This document shows positions 29,056 through 41,370 of a stretch of 64,000 nt of DNA, piece after piece (position 1 is the first letter of the stretch; every line of letters begins with the position of its first letter). Origin of the DNA: Macrostomum hystrix (Eukaryota; Animalia; Platyhelminthes); NCBI GenBank assembly GCA_950097015.1, contig CATNEN010000002.1, forward strand, positions 5,704,001-5,768,000, written 5' to 3'. The notes beneath the pieces are model-generated. The model was not told the origin of the DNA, made no database searches, and worked only from the letters and a program-made list of their open reading frames with translations. The position numbers and the translations under genes were made by a program.

Positions 29056-31372
29056 TTAAAGTTTCTCAAGCGCATCAGCCAGACGAAGAACATCGATAAG
29101 CTCAAGGCGCCACTGGTGCTCAAGCGACCTGTAGAAATAGTCCGGCGCCTCTGCCCGCATGCGGATCAGCTGATGCAGCAGCCGACCGTCGATGCCAGCG
29201 AACTGGCCGCGCAAGCCGCCCAGCCCGATGGCCTCCAGCCAGCTGGCCACATCAGCGTGGCTCCAGTACTGCACCGAGTCTGTGCCAGCCGATGCCGAGG
29301 CTCCGTTCACCGGCCCGGGCGTCATGGACGACGGCAGTAGGGGCTGCGGAGAGCCGCCGCTGCCGCTGCCACCGCCTCCGCTGCCAGCCACAGCGCCAAC
29401 CGGCGGCTGCGGCATGATGTCGGCCAGCCGCCTAGCCAGCTGGACGCAGGCGGCGTCGAAGTCCCTGCAGCCGGCCAGATCTGGCATGCCAGCCTGCTGT
29501 GGCAGCAGCTGGCTCACCAGAGCGCCGAGCCAGCCGTCGGGCCGCCATCGGGCCAGAAGGCAGACGGGCAGCAGGGGACGATCTGCCAGGACTGCAGCCT
29601 CGGATTCTGTGCGGCATAGCGGACTGGATCGATAGGCCTCGCTAACACCCAGCAGGACAACAGCGGCGTCGGCGACGGCGGCGCCAGGTGCGGCCTGCAC
29701 GCTAGTCAGTTCGGCCGATGGGCAGGACAGCCGGATTTGGATGCCGCGAGCTCTCAGACGGTCGCGAATTCGAATCGCCAGCTCCCGATTGGCCGGATGA
29801 TGAGACAGGACAGCGTGCGGTGGCTGCCGCTGGCGCTGCGCAGCCGGATGGTGGTGATGATGCGGCAGTGACGACGGCGCCTCGTCCTGAAGCAGGCGCA
29901 GCAGGCAGTCCACTAGGGGCAGAAGACCCGGCGGACAAGCCGTGCCGTTCTGCAGCTTCAACAAGGCGCCGGCGCAGCCGCAGCGTTCCAGAAGGAAGGC
30001 GCGAGACCGGCGATGCATGCCGAGGCCCCAGACGGCCAGCAGGGCGGCGCGGCGATCCGACTCGCCGAATCCGGGATCTCGAAGGCCGTCCAACATCAGC
30101 TGGGGAGCGCCACACTGGCACAGACTGTCGGTTAAGTAGGCCTGACTGCTCAGAGCTGTCCAACAGGAGGCAAAATCCGCCAAACTGAAGCCCAACAGGC
30201 GCCTATCGGCACTCTTTAATAGGCGATCAGTCCAGTGCACCAGTTGGCGGAGTCTGCGGACATTGTTTGTAGGGCTCAAAGCTATTTGATTGGCTAATGG
30301 ATGGGATAATCAACTAGCTAATGGATGGGATAATCAACTGGCTAATGGATGCGATAATCAACTGGCTAATGAAAGGGATAATCAGCTGGCTAATCGATGG
30401 GATAAAAAACTGGCTAATGGATGGGATAATCAGCTGGCTAATGGATGGGATAATAAACTTGCTAATAGATGGGATAATAAACTGGCTAATGAATGGGGTA
30501 ACCAGATGGCTAATGAATGGGATAATAAACTGGCTAATGGATGGGATAATCAGCTGGCTAATGGATGGGATAATCAACTGGCTAATGGATGGGTTAATCA
30601 GCTGGATAATGGGTCAGTTTTTTGCGATACAACCAGAGCCAACCCACCTGGCAAGGAGCTGCTGACCGTCGTCGCCGCCCAGCAGCGCGCCGCAGTCGGC
30701 TTCGCAGAGCAGTCGGGACAGCACGAACAGGCACAGGCAGCGAACAGGTTCGGGTGCGTACACGCTGCCCGCCAGATCAAGCAGGCCGCGCTTCAACGCG
30801 AAGCCGCCGCCGCCAACAACCATGCCTGCGGCATCTCCCCCTGATGTCAGTTGAATGGCATAGTCTGGATTGTGCCAAAGCAGGCGGTAGAGCAAGCTTA
30901 ACGAGGCCCGAATCAGGTACACAACATTCTTGCTGGCCAGGTTATCCAGGTAAGGCTTGTGGCCAATGTTGGCCACTAGGAGGTTGGTGATGCCGCTGTT
31001 AGCAAGGGCTGCACCGAACTCAGCGCTCTGCTCCGAATAATTCAAAGCTGCCGTGTACAAATAGTGCGACGAGAACCAGATGTCGTCGTTTTTAAACACT
31101 CCCAAACTATTTAGCCGCTTCATGGTGCGCACTGCGAACTGGGGATAGCCGAGGCTGTACAGGTGGCGAGCCAGGGCCGGCCTGTGCTCCTTGCAGTCAT
31201 AGTACAGCTTGGAGATCTGCTTGCCACATTCGCACACTGTCTCCAGCTGTAGCTGGGCCTCTTCGCGCAACAGCTGAGCAACCAGGCGATCGCATATTGA
31301 TTTGGCTTCCTCCAATCCAACACCGCTGAGCTGGCTGTGAGCCACCTGTGGCTCCGTGTCACTGTTGCTCAT
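29056..31372 (-). CDS. ARM-repeat - TIR - SAM domain protein; exons 31372-30648 and 30253-29056 (~640 aa)
   Basis: Helical ARM-like N-terminus. TIR: HAVLSHH...IRDRLRARG...VVLLGVSEAYRSSPLCRTE...LLPV...WRPDGWLG. SAM: WSHADVASWLEAIGL...IDGRLL. Donor AG|GTGGGT and acceptor CGCAG|A join in frame. The acceptor choice is inferred. Confidence 0.85.
30286..30610. repeat. 24-bp minisatellite (GGCTAATGGATGGGATAATCAACT) filling most of the ARM-TIR-SAM intron
   Basis: About 13 copies. Confidence 0.95.
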
Positions 31373-32484
31373 TTACAACCCACTGAGCTGGCTGACAACA
31401 ACGGAATGTGCTCCAACTGTGCTCAGGAAAACAGTGTCTGCAATTTTATATATATTCTCTTAACAACAGAAAGCCAATTCTATTTCCCCCATGGGAAAAG
31501 ACAATGCGGGTATTATAAATACCCCTACCTACCTCATGATAGCTTTCAAACCAAATGATCCATTTTTGTGAAAGTCTATCATATGCATCAACATTTTCCC
31601 AGTAAAATACAAGGGACAATATCTATAATAATAGCTGACACAATGCAGGACAATTTTTTAAGCAGTAAAATAATGCATAAATTACTCCAATGAGAATCTT
31701 GATTCAGGAAGTAGTTTTATTGGATAGACTGTGAATAATTTAGCCAATTTTCTGGAATTTCATGGCAATTGGTTGAGTACATTGGGAGATACAAACAATA
31801 AAATTGTGGGAATTTTTAAATACCCATGTCTAACCATGGGCTTCTTACTACTGTTGATAACAACCTCATTTTCAAACTGAATGAATCATACACCAAAATG
31901 CCAGTAGCAATGTGCAAAAACATTTCTATTTGTTGTCTAAATAACACAGTACATTCATGCTGCATTATCTGAATTGCCCGAAAATGTTCTGACAACACTG
32001 AAAAACACTGAAAATGTTCAGTTTCCATATGTTAGCTACATTAAATCAAAGCAAATGTTGACAAAAAACTATATAGATTCTATAAATGCAAAATTGTATC
32101 CATGTCTATTGAGTTAGAGTAGATCATATTTAATCGTAATTCAATATTTACTTACTTTATAGTAAATTTTTAAGAACACAAAAGTAATCATTTGGTCTAT
32201 TATTTAATAAGCAAATGAAACATAGACAAATAAAATTTAGGCCATTTTTTTGTCTGGTGAAATGGACAAATAGCTATATATTTTATTCATCCAGTTAAAA
32301 AGGTAGAAATTATTTCAAATTATTTCTTTATCAGTAAGTAGTTTATTTGTATCACCCTTCATATCAATCACAAGAACCACTAGAATTAAAAAGATGTAAG
32401 TTAAAATCACTATGCAATTAAATTGATTTGTTTGTGGAACAGTACACTCAGAGATCTGAAATATAATCAATAGAAAATCTAGTG

Positions 32485-32908
32485 GGCAATCCTGAAGATT
32501 CCCGCATTAAATGATTTCATGCGCTTTTACACACATTCCAGCCATGGAATCATGGTAGGGCAACCTCTAGTACCCAGGACAATAGTGGATCCTCAAGAAG
32601 TTTAACCAACTTTTGAATTAGCTGAACTCAGCATCAACCATTGTGAATTGACAGCACTAACTGGTGAGACAGACATCCAGTGGCTGGCCAAGTAGCCTAT
32701 GGGGTTCTGCAAAACAATAGGGACTGTGAGCAATGCCCCAACACACCTTATGTCATTCCAAAGGCGGGCTGGTCCAACGGTCAATCCGGTGTTGCTCCTT
32801 CTTCCAAGGCAGTCACATGAAAGCTCCATTAGAACTTTAAGAAAAAAGTTCTGTAAAAGTTCGTAAAAGCACATGAAATAAATTAACTCGGGAATCTTCA
32901 GGATTGCC
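32485..32908. mobile_element. MITE-like element with ~46-bp imperfect TIRs (GGCAATCCTGAAGATTCCCG...)
   Basis: Left GGCAATCCTGAAGATTCCCGCATTAAATGATTTCATGCGCTTTTAC pairs with the reverse complement of the right end. No clean TSD was found. Confidence 0.75.
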
Positions 32909-32911
32909 ATC

Positions 32912-33476
32912 CCATAGTCCGGATCATGCTGGACTTACGCCGGAGGAAAAATCCAACATTTTTTGGCACTTACGCCAGACTTACGCCAACCAAAAAAGGT
33001 CCCTCTGACTTACGCCACCCAAAAAAAGGTCCTTCACAAATCATGTTAATCGGTGATTAATTAAATTCAGAAGTTGCAACTGTTTAAAAATCTCACAAGT
33101 TGCAAATTCTGAATCAAGTATCAAAGTAAGCATCTTAAAGCTAAAAAAACTTTTGCTATCCTACAATAGATATTCTGCTATCTAATTTATATGAACTGCA
33201 ATATTTTAATGAACTTTGTTTTAATGCTGCTCCTAATTAATGCAAACATCATAATTAACGCAAATTTGTTATGTTCTATAGTGATACATTTGATCGTGGA
33301 TGATCTCATTTGTGCTAACATTTACGCCACTTGATTTATGCCATGTACTTACGCCAAGCACTTACGCCAAGGCACATTTTGGCCTATACTTACGCCAAGC
33401 ACTTACGCCAGCCTCCGATCCCAAACCAGATTTACGCCGGAGATCTCCGGCGTAAACGACATGATCCGGACTATGG
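32912..33476. mobile_element. 565-bp non-autonomous DNA transposon with 17-bp perfect TIR and 8-bp TSD
   Basis: TIR CCATAGTCCGGATCATG. TSD TTGCCATC at 32904-32911 and 33477-33484. Many subterminal TTACGCC motifs. Confidence 0.9.
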
Positions 33477-34908
33477 TTGCCATCTACATCTAGTGATACC
33501 AAATCAAAAATGCATGCTGGAAATTTTAGACATAAAGCATGTGACTTGTTGCTTGTGATGATTTTAAGTTATTTTCATATTATTAACTTAGGCCAATTAA
33601 AATAAGTTAGGCAGGGCTAGGCATGCATACTCATAGTCATAGGCCTAGTCATTGTACTATTGATTAGGAGTCAACAAGGGCAAGACCATGTAGCAATGCA
33701 ATTTTCTCATATGAATAATTGACCATAAATGTAGACTATTACATTCAAAATTAACTTAAAAATTGAGGCCTAAGATTTATAGAAATCACATAAGTGGCTT
33801 TGCTAACCAAACTATCTTGTTATTTATATTGTAGCTATATAAAAACATTACACAATGCCAAATGGTTTTAATCAAATATGTCTCTGTATAGAAAGTTTAT
33901 AAGTTGCTAGGAATATATAAAACGATGCGAAATAGTTGCGACTTACAATAAAAAATATGACAACTTTAAGATAAGATTTTTTCGACACTGCTGATTTTAT
34001 GTAGCTACTAAGTTCGGAGCGCGAACTCGAAGCCGGCTTATGCGTAATTACATTTGAACACTAGTAATGCAATAATTATTTAATAAAAAATCGAGTATAT
34101 AGAAAAGAGCTTTTTCAATTTGAATTTTAACTTTCTCTAGAAAGCATTTATAATTTGGTTTTGTTTAAGTACTGAACAATTGTTGAAGTTACGCATTTTA
34201 AGTTTCATTTTCCAAAAATCATTTTTTCGTCTGGTTATTTTACAAGTTACTTTATTTTTTAGCTTAGCCGCAATGCAACGGTCCAAAAATACTCAATGGA
34301 TTCATGGAAAGGCGAGGTTGCCTAAAAATTACTTCGCAATTACGATACAACTGAATTTGTTTCTTGAATCGTTTTTTTCATATTGTTTTTGCTTCTGTTG
34401 CACTACAGAAAATGCTATTATAACAAACTTTCGGAAGGCGATCATTCTTCAACATACTAGCATAATATATACTAACATACTTCGACAACAACGTTGTCTG
34501 CTGTGTTTAAAAATCTTGGTTCAAAAAAAGAACCAAGTAGACCTCATGAGTAGACCTCATGATATGCTTGTATGCTTATATTATCAGTTTTAAATGGCGA
34601 TCATTTATTTCAAAGCTACTTTTAATTGTTAACTAATCGTTTAACAATTTTTTTATTGGATTCATTTTTTTGTAAATGTTGTGTAAAGGTACGGGTATAA
34701 GATGTATCTCAAAATTTCAGATGTAAAAGTGGAGTTATCTGACTACAGAACTATTGGACTGAATACTAGTCTAAGTAATTAAACTTTATTCCCTCATATT
34801 AGCATTATTCTAGTGTTAGAAATGAACTTGAACTAGACCTAATATATTAATGACACTTAACTTTAAAGCTTTAAATTTTATAAAACTCTGCATAGCATTC
34901 CTAGCATA

Positions 34909-35104
34909 CATGCGCAACCTTTTATTGCTCTATTTACGACTTAGTTTGCTCTCTTTTTCTCTCCCCTTTTTCCTTTTCTTCACGCCTTCCTTTTTTGTCC
35001 CTTGGTCCCCCCTTTAATTTTTTTGTGCTTGGTTGATTGGTTTTTGCGACTTACCTTGCTTGGCCCTCGTTTCACCTGGCCGGGTCGGCCAGGTGTTGCG
35101 CATG
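34909..35104. mobile_element. MITE, TA-flanked, copy 2 (family of 3146-3365)
   Basis: CATGCGCAAC...GTTGCGCATG termini, TA flanks and a shared internal CT-rich body. Confidence 0.8.
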
Positions 35105-35638
35105 TATGATTCCTAGGTAGTTATTGCTTAGTCTTGTAAGTTGTAGCTAGCCACTTGTTGCTTGTTTTCTTGGCCCCTTTGACCATATTTTTGGACATTG
35201 TCATCACATTAAACCCAGAAAATCTAGGTGACTGAGTGACCAAAATTTGTGGACACTTATTCATCATACTTAAGAATCTAGCATTATTATGCATATTATT
35301 ACTGACTTCCAGTAACCAAGATGCATTAAGATTTTGCTGATGCCTTTCCCAAAAGTGCATGCAATTGGATGTCGATTCAAATGATCAAATCAAACTATAT
35401 CTCTAGACAATGTGACTATACTATGTCATTAAAATGTAAGTTAGGCCTATTATGTATTTTGTGTACAATTGCACAGAAAAGTAAAATGTGTTCTTTATAA
35501 AGTTAGTTTTATAAAAGAATAAAAGTTGATAATGTGGTATACTCGAACTGTTAGGAATGAGAGGCTAAGACACATAAAAATGTTGCTGATTTCATAATAA
35601 AATCTTCAAATAACTAATAACTTCAGCTGACAGGAACA

Positions 35639-37484
35639 ATGACAGTAGACCTCATGTGCAACAACTGCAGAAAGCAGTTTGGTGAACTAGCAGGTTTTCT
35701 TCAGCACACAATTGAATGTATTCAGCCTGCATCAGCCATCTACGTCTGCTCAGTGTGTCAGCTGTTAACTAATAAAATGCCTCTAGTTGAGAAGCATTGC
35801 AAGCAGGCTCACAAAGGAAAGGTAAATAGTTGAATAATTTTGTTTCACTGTCACATCTATTTTTTAACTGTTTTGCGGTCTTTCAACAACAGGGCAGCAT
35901 GCAGCGCCACATGAACTTCAATGGCGAAGCATCAGCTTCATCGGCCAGTGGCGGAGGCGGTGTTCACGATGCACCAAGTGGCAGCAGGAAGCGGTGTCGT
36001 CAATCCCTGCCTGAGAAAATCGGCATCAATGTCGAAGAGGAGGAGGATGAATCAACCACCGTAGCTGCCACCGGCGACGGCGTTCAGAAGCCGCTAAAGC
36101 GTCGTCTGGTTGCTAGGCGACGCCAGGCAGAATCGGCAGCTCCGGCGCCAGAGCCACAAAAACAGCAGCAGCAGCAGCAGGCGTCAGGTTCAAGTTCTAA
36201 TGAAGTTCAACGCCGAACCCGCACCGCCAGCTCCAGCGGAGGCAGCGAGAGCTCCACCCCGGTGTCTGTGGCCTCTGCGGCTGTTGAAGGCAAACAGGAG
36301 CCGCCGCCACCACCACCGAAGCCATTGCCGCACCAGCCGCCTCCCAGACCGGCTGGCGCAGTCAGGCGAGCTCGCAACAATAGCAGCACCGACGATGACG
36401 AAGAAGAGAATGACGAAGCTGCTCAAGATCCGTTCGATGCGGCCTCTCTTATTGGCTTCGCGCCAATCACAGACCACCTTCGGGTGCGGGCCATTCGCTG
36501 CGGCGATCGCGTGTTTCCAGGCGATGGCGGCGGGCCTGGGCAGGCGTCCCCGACTGTGCGGCTGTACCAGGAGGGCTTGCAGGTTTGTCTAACCGGGGCT
36601 TCGGGTTCACTGGTTGCTAGGCTATGAATTTATTTAAAAAATGTTTACATGCAGAGCTTTCCTGCGAAAACAACGTCGCGTACTTAAACACGCCTTTGAA
36701 TACTTTAATTCGTAAAACACAGTTTTCAAAAGTTATACGATAAAGAACTTTAATATTTATATTTCTCCAAATTTAAAATCTTTCAAGACTGCTTAAAATT
36801 CTGCAGTTAAACAAAAAATTCTTTTTGTAGATTTGGTGATTAATTTTAAAAGCTGTAAAATATGAAAGGGGCAGCAGCCTTTAGATAAGCAGCTAGGTTA
36901 ATAGTTTAAAAGATCGAAGGAACCGCCTGTAGATAAGTAGCTAGGGCTGGTAGCTTGAAAGATCAAAGGGACCGCCTCTAGATAATTTGCTAGGTTAATA
37001 GTTTAAAATATCAATGGGACCGTCTGTAAATCAATATGTTAACTGTTTTTTAATGAATGCCGCTGCACAAAAGTTGTTTGATATTAAATACAGATCAAGC
37101 CGCTAGTTAATTATGCTTACATTTTCCCATTGCCCGCAGCTGCTCGTGGCCGGTCATAACCTGTTCTTCACCTATCGCATATTTTCCAACATCATTTTCG
37201 GCGAGTTCGGCTACAACTGCCTTGTCGGCTGCCTGTCCAAGTCGCACTTCGCCAGCCTCTGCCGCCGCTTCGATGTCAACCCGGAGACCTGCCAGCACGA
37301 CTGGCGCCTTCGGATCTGCCTTCGCCTGGCCAACGCCCTGTCCGTTGACCAGCTCAGCCAGTTGAGGCGCTGCGTTGCCAAGGAGCGCAGGAACATGTCC
37401 GACGGATTCGCTTTGAGGCGACTGCTGGTGCTGACGGAGGAATGGAGCCAACGGCTAGCCGTGACCATCGGGATGGCCGAGTGA
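35639..37484 (+). CDS. Zinc-finger protein (two C2H2/C2HC-like fingers, low-complexity linker, PH-like region reminiscent of SENP6/7); exons 35639-35821, 35893-36582, 37140-37484 (~405 aa)
   Basis: CNNC...H...C and CSVC...H...H motifs. Both junctions are phase-0 GT-AG and in frame. The SENP6/7 resemblance (LRVRAIRCG...) is from memory only. Confidence 0.72.
36880..37035. repeat. ~48-bp degenerate tandem repeat x3 in intron 2 of the zinc-finger gene
   Basis: TAGATAA...CTAGG...AAAGATC...ACCGCC recurs at ~36882, 36930 and 36979. Confidence 0.75.
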
Positions 37485-37917
37485 CACTTGAATATAGCTG
37501 GGATTTACTGATTTCATGTGCTTGCTTTGCGTAGTCTGTCTGGCTATTACCCACCTGTATGTTGGCTATTACCCACCTGTATTTTGGTTATTACCCACCT
37601 GTATGTTAACAATTACCTCTGTATTTTTTTTATGTTCTATAGTCCCAAATAGTTGAGTTGGTCCCATTAGGTGTTAATTTTAATACAACCCTATTAGATT
37701 TTAAATCACATTATTAGGATTTTATTATTACATAACCCTAGTGAATCGATCATAGCCAATGCATTTTTAGTGACTTTTGTACAACATGATGCTTCTACTG
37801 TGTTATATTTGCGTCTCTTTGATTAATAAAATATACCACAACATTTGGTTTAAGCAAAGTTAAATTAAAAACCACCACAGACATGTGTAATACGAAGCAT
37901 TTCGGGTCTATGAAATT

Positions 37918-39285
37918 TGCTTGCCGAGCTTTGCTTGTGGATGTCTGCTTGCCGAGCTTTGCTTGTGGAAGTCTGCTTGCCGAGCTTTGCTTGTGGAAGT
38001 CTGCTTGCCGAGCTTTGCTTGTGGATGTCTGCTTGCCGAGCTTTGCTTGTGGAAGTCTGCTTGCCGAAGTTTGCTTTTGGAGGTCTGCTTGCCGAGCTTT
38101 GCTTGTGGAGGTCTGCTTGCCGAAGTTTGCTTGTGGATGTCTGCTTGCCGAGCTTTGCTTGTGGATGTCTGCTTGCCGAGCTTTGCTTGTGAAGGTCTGC
38201 TTGCCGAGCTTTGCTTGTGGATGTCTGCTTGCCGAGCTTTGCTTGTGGATGTCTGCTTGCCGAGCTTTGCTTGTGGATGTCTGCTTGCCGAGCTTTGCTT
38301 GTGGAGGTCTGCTTGCCGAGCTTTGCTTGTGGAGGTCTGCTTGCCGAGCTTTGCTTGTGGAGGTCTGCTTGCCGAGCTTTGCTTGTGGAAGTCTGCTTGC
38401 CGAAGTTTGCTTGTGGATGTCTGCTTGCCGAGCTTTGCTTGTTGAGGTCTGCTTGCCGAAGTTTGCTTGTGGATGTCTGCTTGCTGAGCTTTGCTTGTGG
38501 ATGTCTGCTTGCCGAGCTTTGCTTGTGGGGGTCTGCTTGCCGAGCTTTGCTTGTGGAAGTCTGCTTGCCGAGCTTTGCTTGTGGAGGTCTGCTTGCCGAA
38601 GTTTGCTTGTGGAGGTCTGCTTGCCGAGCTTTGCTTGTGGAAGTCTGCTTGCCGAGCTTTGCTTGTGGAGGTCTGCTTGCCGAGCTTTGCTTGTGGATGT
38701 CTGCTTGCCGAGCTTTGCTTGTGGATGTCTGCTTGCCGAGCTTTGCTTGTGGAGGTCTGCTTGCCGAGCTTTGCTTGTGGAGGTCTGCTTGCCGAGCTTT
38801 GCTTGTGGAGGTCTGCTTGCCGAGCTTTGCTTGTGGAAGTCTGCTTGCCGAAGTTTGCTTGTGGATGTCTGCTTGCCGAGCTTTGCTTGTGGGGGTCTGC
38901 TTGCCGAGCTTTGCTTGTGGAAGTCTGCTTGCCGAGCTTTGCTTGTGGAGGTCTGCTTGCCGAAGTTTGCTTGTGGAGGTCTGCTTGCCGAGCTTTGCTT
39001 GTGGAGGTCTGCTTGCCGAAGTTTGCTTGTGGATGTCTGCTTGCCGAGCTTTGCTTGTGGAAGTCTGCTTGCCGAGCTTTGCTTGTGGAGGTCTGCTTGC
39101 CGAGCTTTGCTTGTGGATGTCTGCTTGCCGAGCTTTGCTTGTGGATGTCTGCTTGCCGAGCTTTGCTTGTGGAGGTCTGCTTGCCGAGCCTTGCTTGTGG
39201 ATGTCTGCTTGCCGAGCTTTGCTTGTGGATGTCTGCTTGCCGAAGTTTGCTTGTGGAGGTCTGCTTGCCGAAGTTTGCTTGCCGA
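37918..39285. repeat. 28-bp minisatellite (GTCTGCTTGCCGAGCTTTGCTTGTGGAT)
   Basis: About 49 copies. The unit lacks stop codons, which explains the 290-525 aa ORFs. Confidence 0.97.
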
Positions 39286-40307
39286 ACCTCAACTAAGCCT
39301 CCCTTTGTGCTCATATTATATTATTTGTACAAGACAAATGATCCACGTGTTGAACGTGATTAATGTATTTTATTATCTGGCACTACAGATTAAGTTATGG
39401 AAAAAAAGCTACGAACGTGCTCATTGCACATCTGAAAAAGCTTCTTTCAAAAAAAATTGAAAGAATTTTTAACTCATTTACTGATCGTTTGGCCATATCG
39501 AAATAATAAATTCAAAAGTTGGTAGTTCAATTGATAAAAAATAGTATAATACCTAGATAAATGTTCCGAAGAACGGTTGTGAATCGTGTTATTCTACAGT
39601 AAAAAGTACAATCTACTACAAGAACTCGTAAAATTCACTCAGTCCAAGTCTTCTTCTTCTCTCTCGCTCTAAAGCTGGGCCGTCTGTCTGTCTATAAATG
39701 ACAGCGTAGAGACAAAAGGTTCCAACCAATTTTCATCACACTAGTACCAATCTGATGCCAAATTTTCCTGAGATGGTTCTTAGGCCATGTCAGTAAGAAA
39801 GTTTTTCAATTAACCTTAATTTAAAGCAAAGTTCGGCAAGCTAATGAGTCGCAAGCAAACTTCCCGCAAGCAAACGTCGTACTCCCAAGCCCACGCATTT
39901 TTTCAGACACTAAAGTATCTACTTGCTGATAGTAATTATTGCTAATTATAGATGAAATGTAATAATTAATAATATAGGATATAGTCAAAAATTCTAACAA
40001 TAGCTTAATACTTTCTAGATTTTATTACATTAGCAACAACTTTAAACTCGAAGTAGAGAACCTCTTTAGCGTTACGAAGAGGAGAAAGAATAGTTTCTTT
40101 GGCTGTTGCTTTAACTTCCGAATGATCCGATATGTAGCGTAAAGTGTAATTTAAGCTGCACTTATCATCAACCACTCCACCAGCGATTCAAGTATAAAAA
40201 AGGAATACACATAATTGTAAAACAAAAAAAATTTTCTAACTCCCGAAAATCATAGAAATAAGAAAATAACGAGCCCTTTTACAATCGCAAATCAGCAAAA
40301 AAAGTTG

Positions 40308-40380
40308 TGCCCCGTGTGAGGATCGAACTCACGACCTTCAGATTATGAGACTGACGCGCTACCTACTGCGCTAACGAGGC
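40308..40380 (-). tRNA. trnM: tRNA-Met(CAT), elongator type
   Basis: GCCTCGTTAGCGCAGTAGGTAGCGCGTCAGTCTCATAATCTGAAGGTCGTGAGTTCGATCCTCACACGGGGCA: 73 nt, full cloverleaf, CAT anticodon, followed by a T7 Pol III terminator. Confidence 0.97.
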
Positions 40381-41370
40381 CGCTGGCAAGTAAGCATTTT
40401 CGTTTTATTTTTAAATGTGGACCTATTTCCGGACTTCGGCTACCCACAGATCTTAAAGATGCCGAATCAAATGCATTCAGGAAATTTACGAAAATCTTCG
40501 ATCAATTGGTTTATGCGAGAATTTGTGTTTCCGTGTCCCTGCACGGCCGGAAACATATGTCGGGCAAAGCACCCACTAGGTTCAGTGGGTTGCTTTGCGT
40601 CCTTGCGGCCCGTCAGCTGGTTGACTGCCGACCAAACTGCGCACTGCTTCTTGTCAGGACTTCTTGTCGATGATTTCACTGATAGCAGTCTCCACCTCAG
40701 AGCACAGACTTACCTGTGTGGCAGGCTGCACCATCGGCAGCGACATGGGTTGCGGAGTTGATGTTTCCGCTGTCCGCTACAGCAGCTGTCTCCGGCCTCT
40801 GCTTTCATCGCCTCGGTGAAGGTCATACAGAAACCACATCTCACAGTTGGATTCCGTAGGGCAATATCGCTTCGGTTGCTATCTCAGTGGTCGGGCTCGA
40901 GGGTCCTTCAGGTGCAGGACATAAAGCAGCCTGTGGTCCGCGACCGCACAGTGGGCTACCGTGTCGCAGTTGGTCACGCCCACAGATACTAGAATAACTT
41001 TCTAGTATGATTCTGTGGTCACGCGATGCAGTCAGTGTTTGCAGAAAAACAAATTTTAAGCTGAAGCAAAAGAAAACCCTAATTAGCGTATGTCTGTACA
41101 TCAAGAAGTTATGTAAAAGTTGGGTCTGCATCTATATAATGATAATTAGTATATGTTTCTGGTGAGATGCTGTAAATGGCGCTAACTCAATTTAGTCGTA
41201 AAGGCGTTTTTTCTTAGAATAGAGAAGAAAAAACTGTTTTCTTAGAACAGTTATCCCACTTAGTTGTTAATTAATAAGAAGTTTCTGGCTTTGCTGCTCT
41301 TTCTTAATCATTTTTACTTTATAAAATTGCTTTTTAATAGGTCGTCTTTGTACAACGCAACAAACTGCAG

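Noticed and set aside
8608-30188. Alternative-frame and antisense ORFs over the GC-rich genes (e.g. 8608-9711, 17867-18364, 29192-29635, 29718-30188)
   Set aside because: Shadow ORFs caused by high GC3 in the real coding frames.
37865-39460. ORFs of 290-525 aa on both strands (CLPSFACG / KQTSTSKARQ repeats)
   Set aside because: Read-through of a stop-free 28-bp satellite, open in most frames on both strands.
40400-41130. Minus-strand exon-like segment ending at a strong donor (CAG|GTAAGT ~40713)
   Set aside because: The best-looking frame has two in-frame TAG stops and no recognisable homology. It may be non-coding or decayed, and there is no evidence for read-through.
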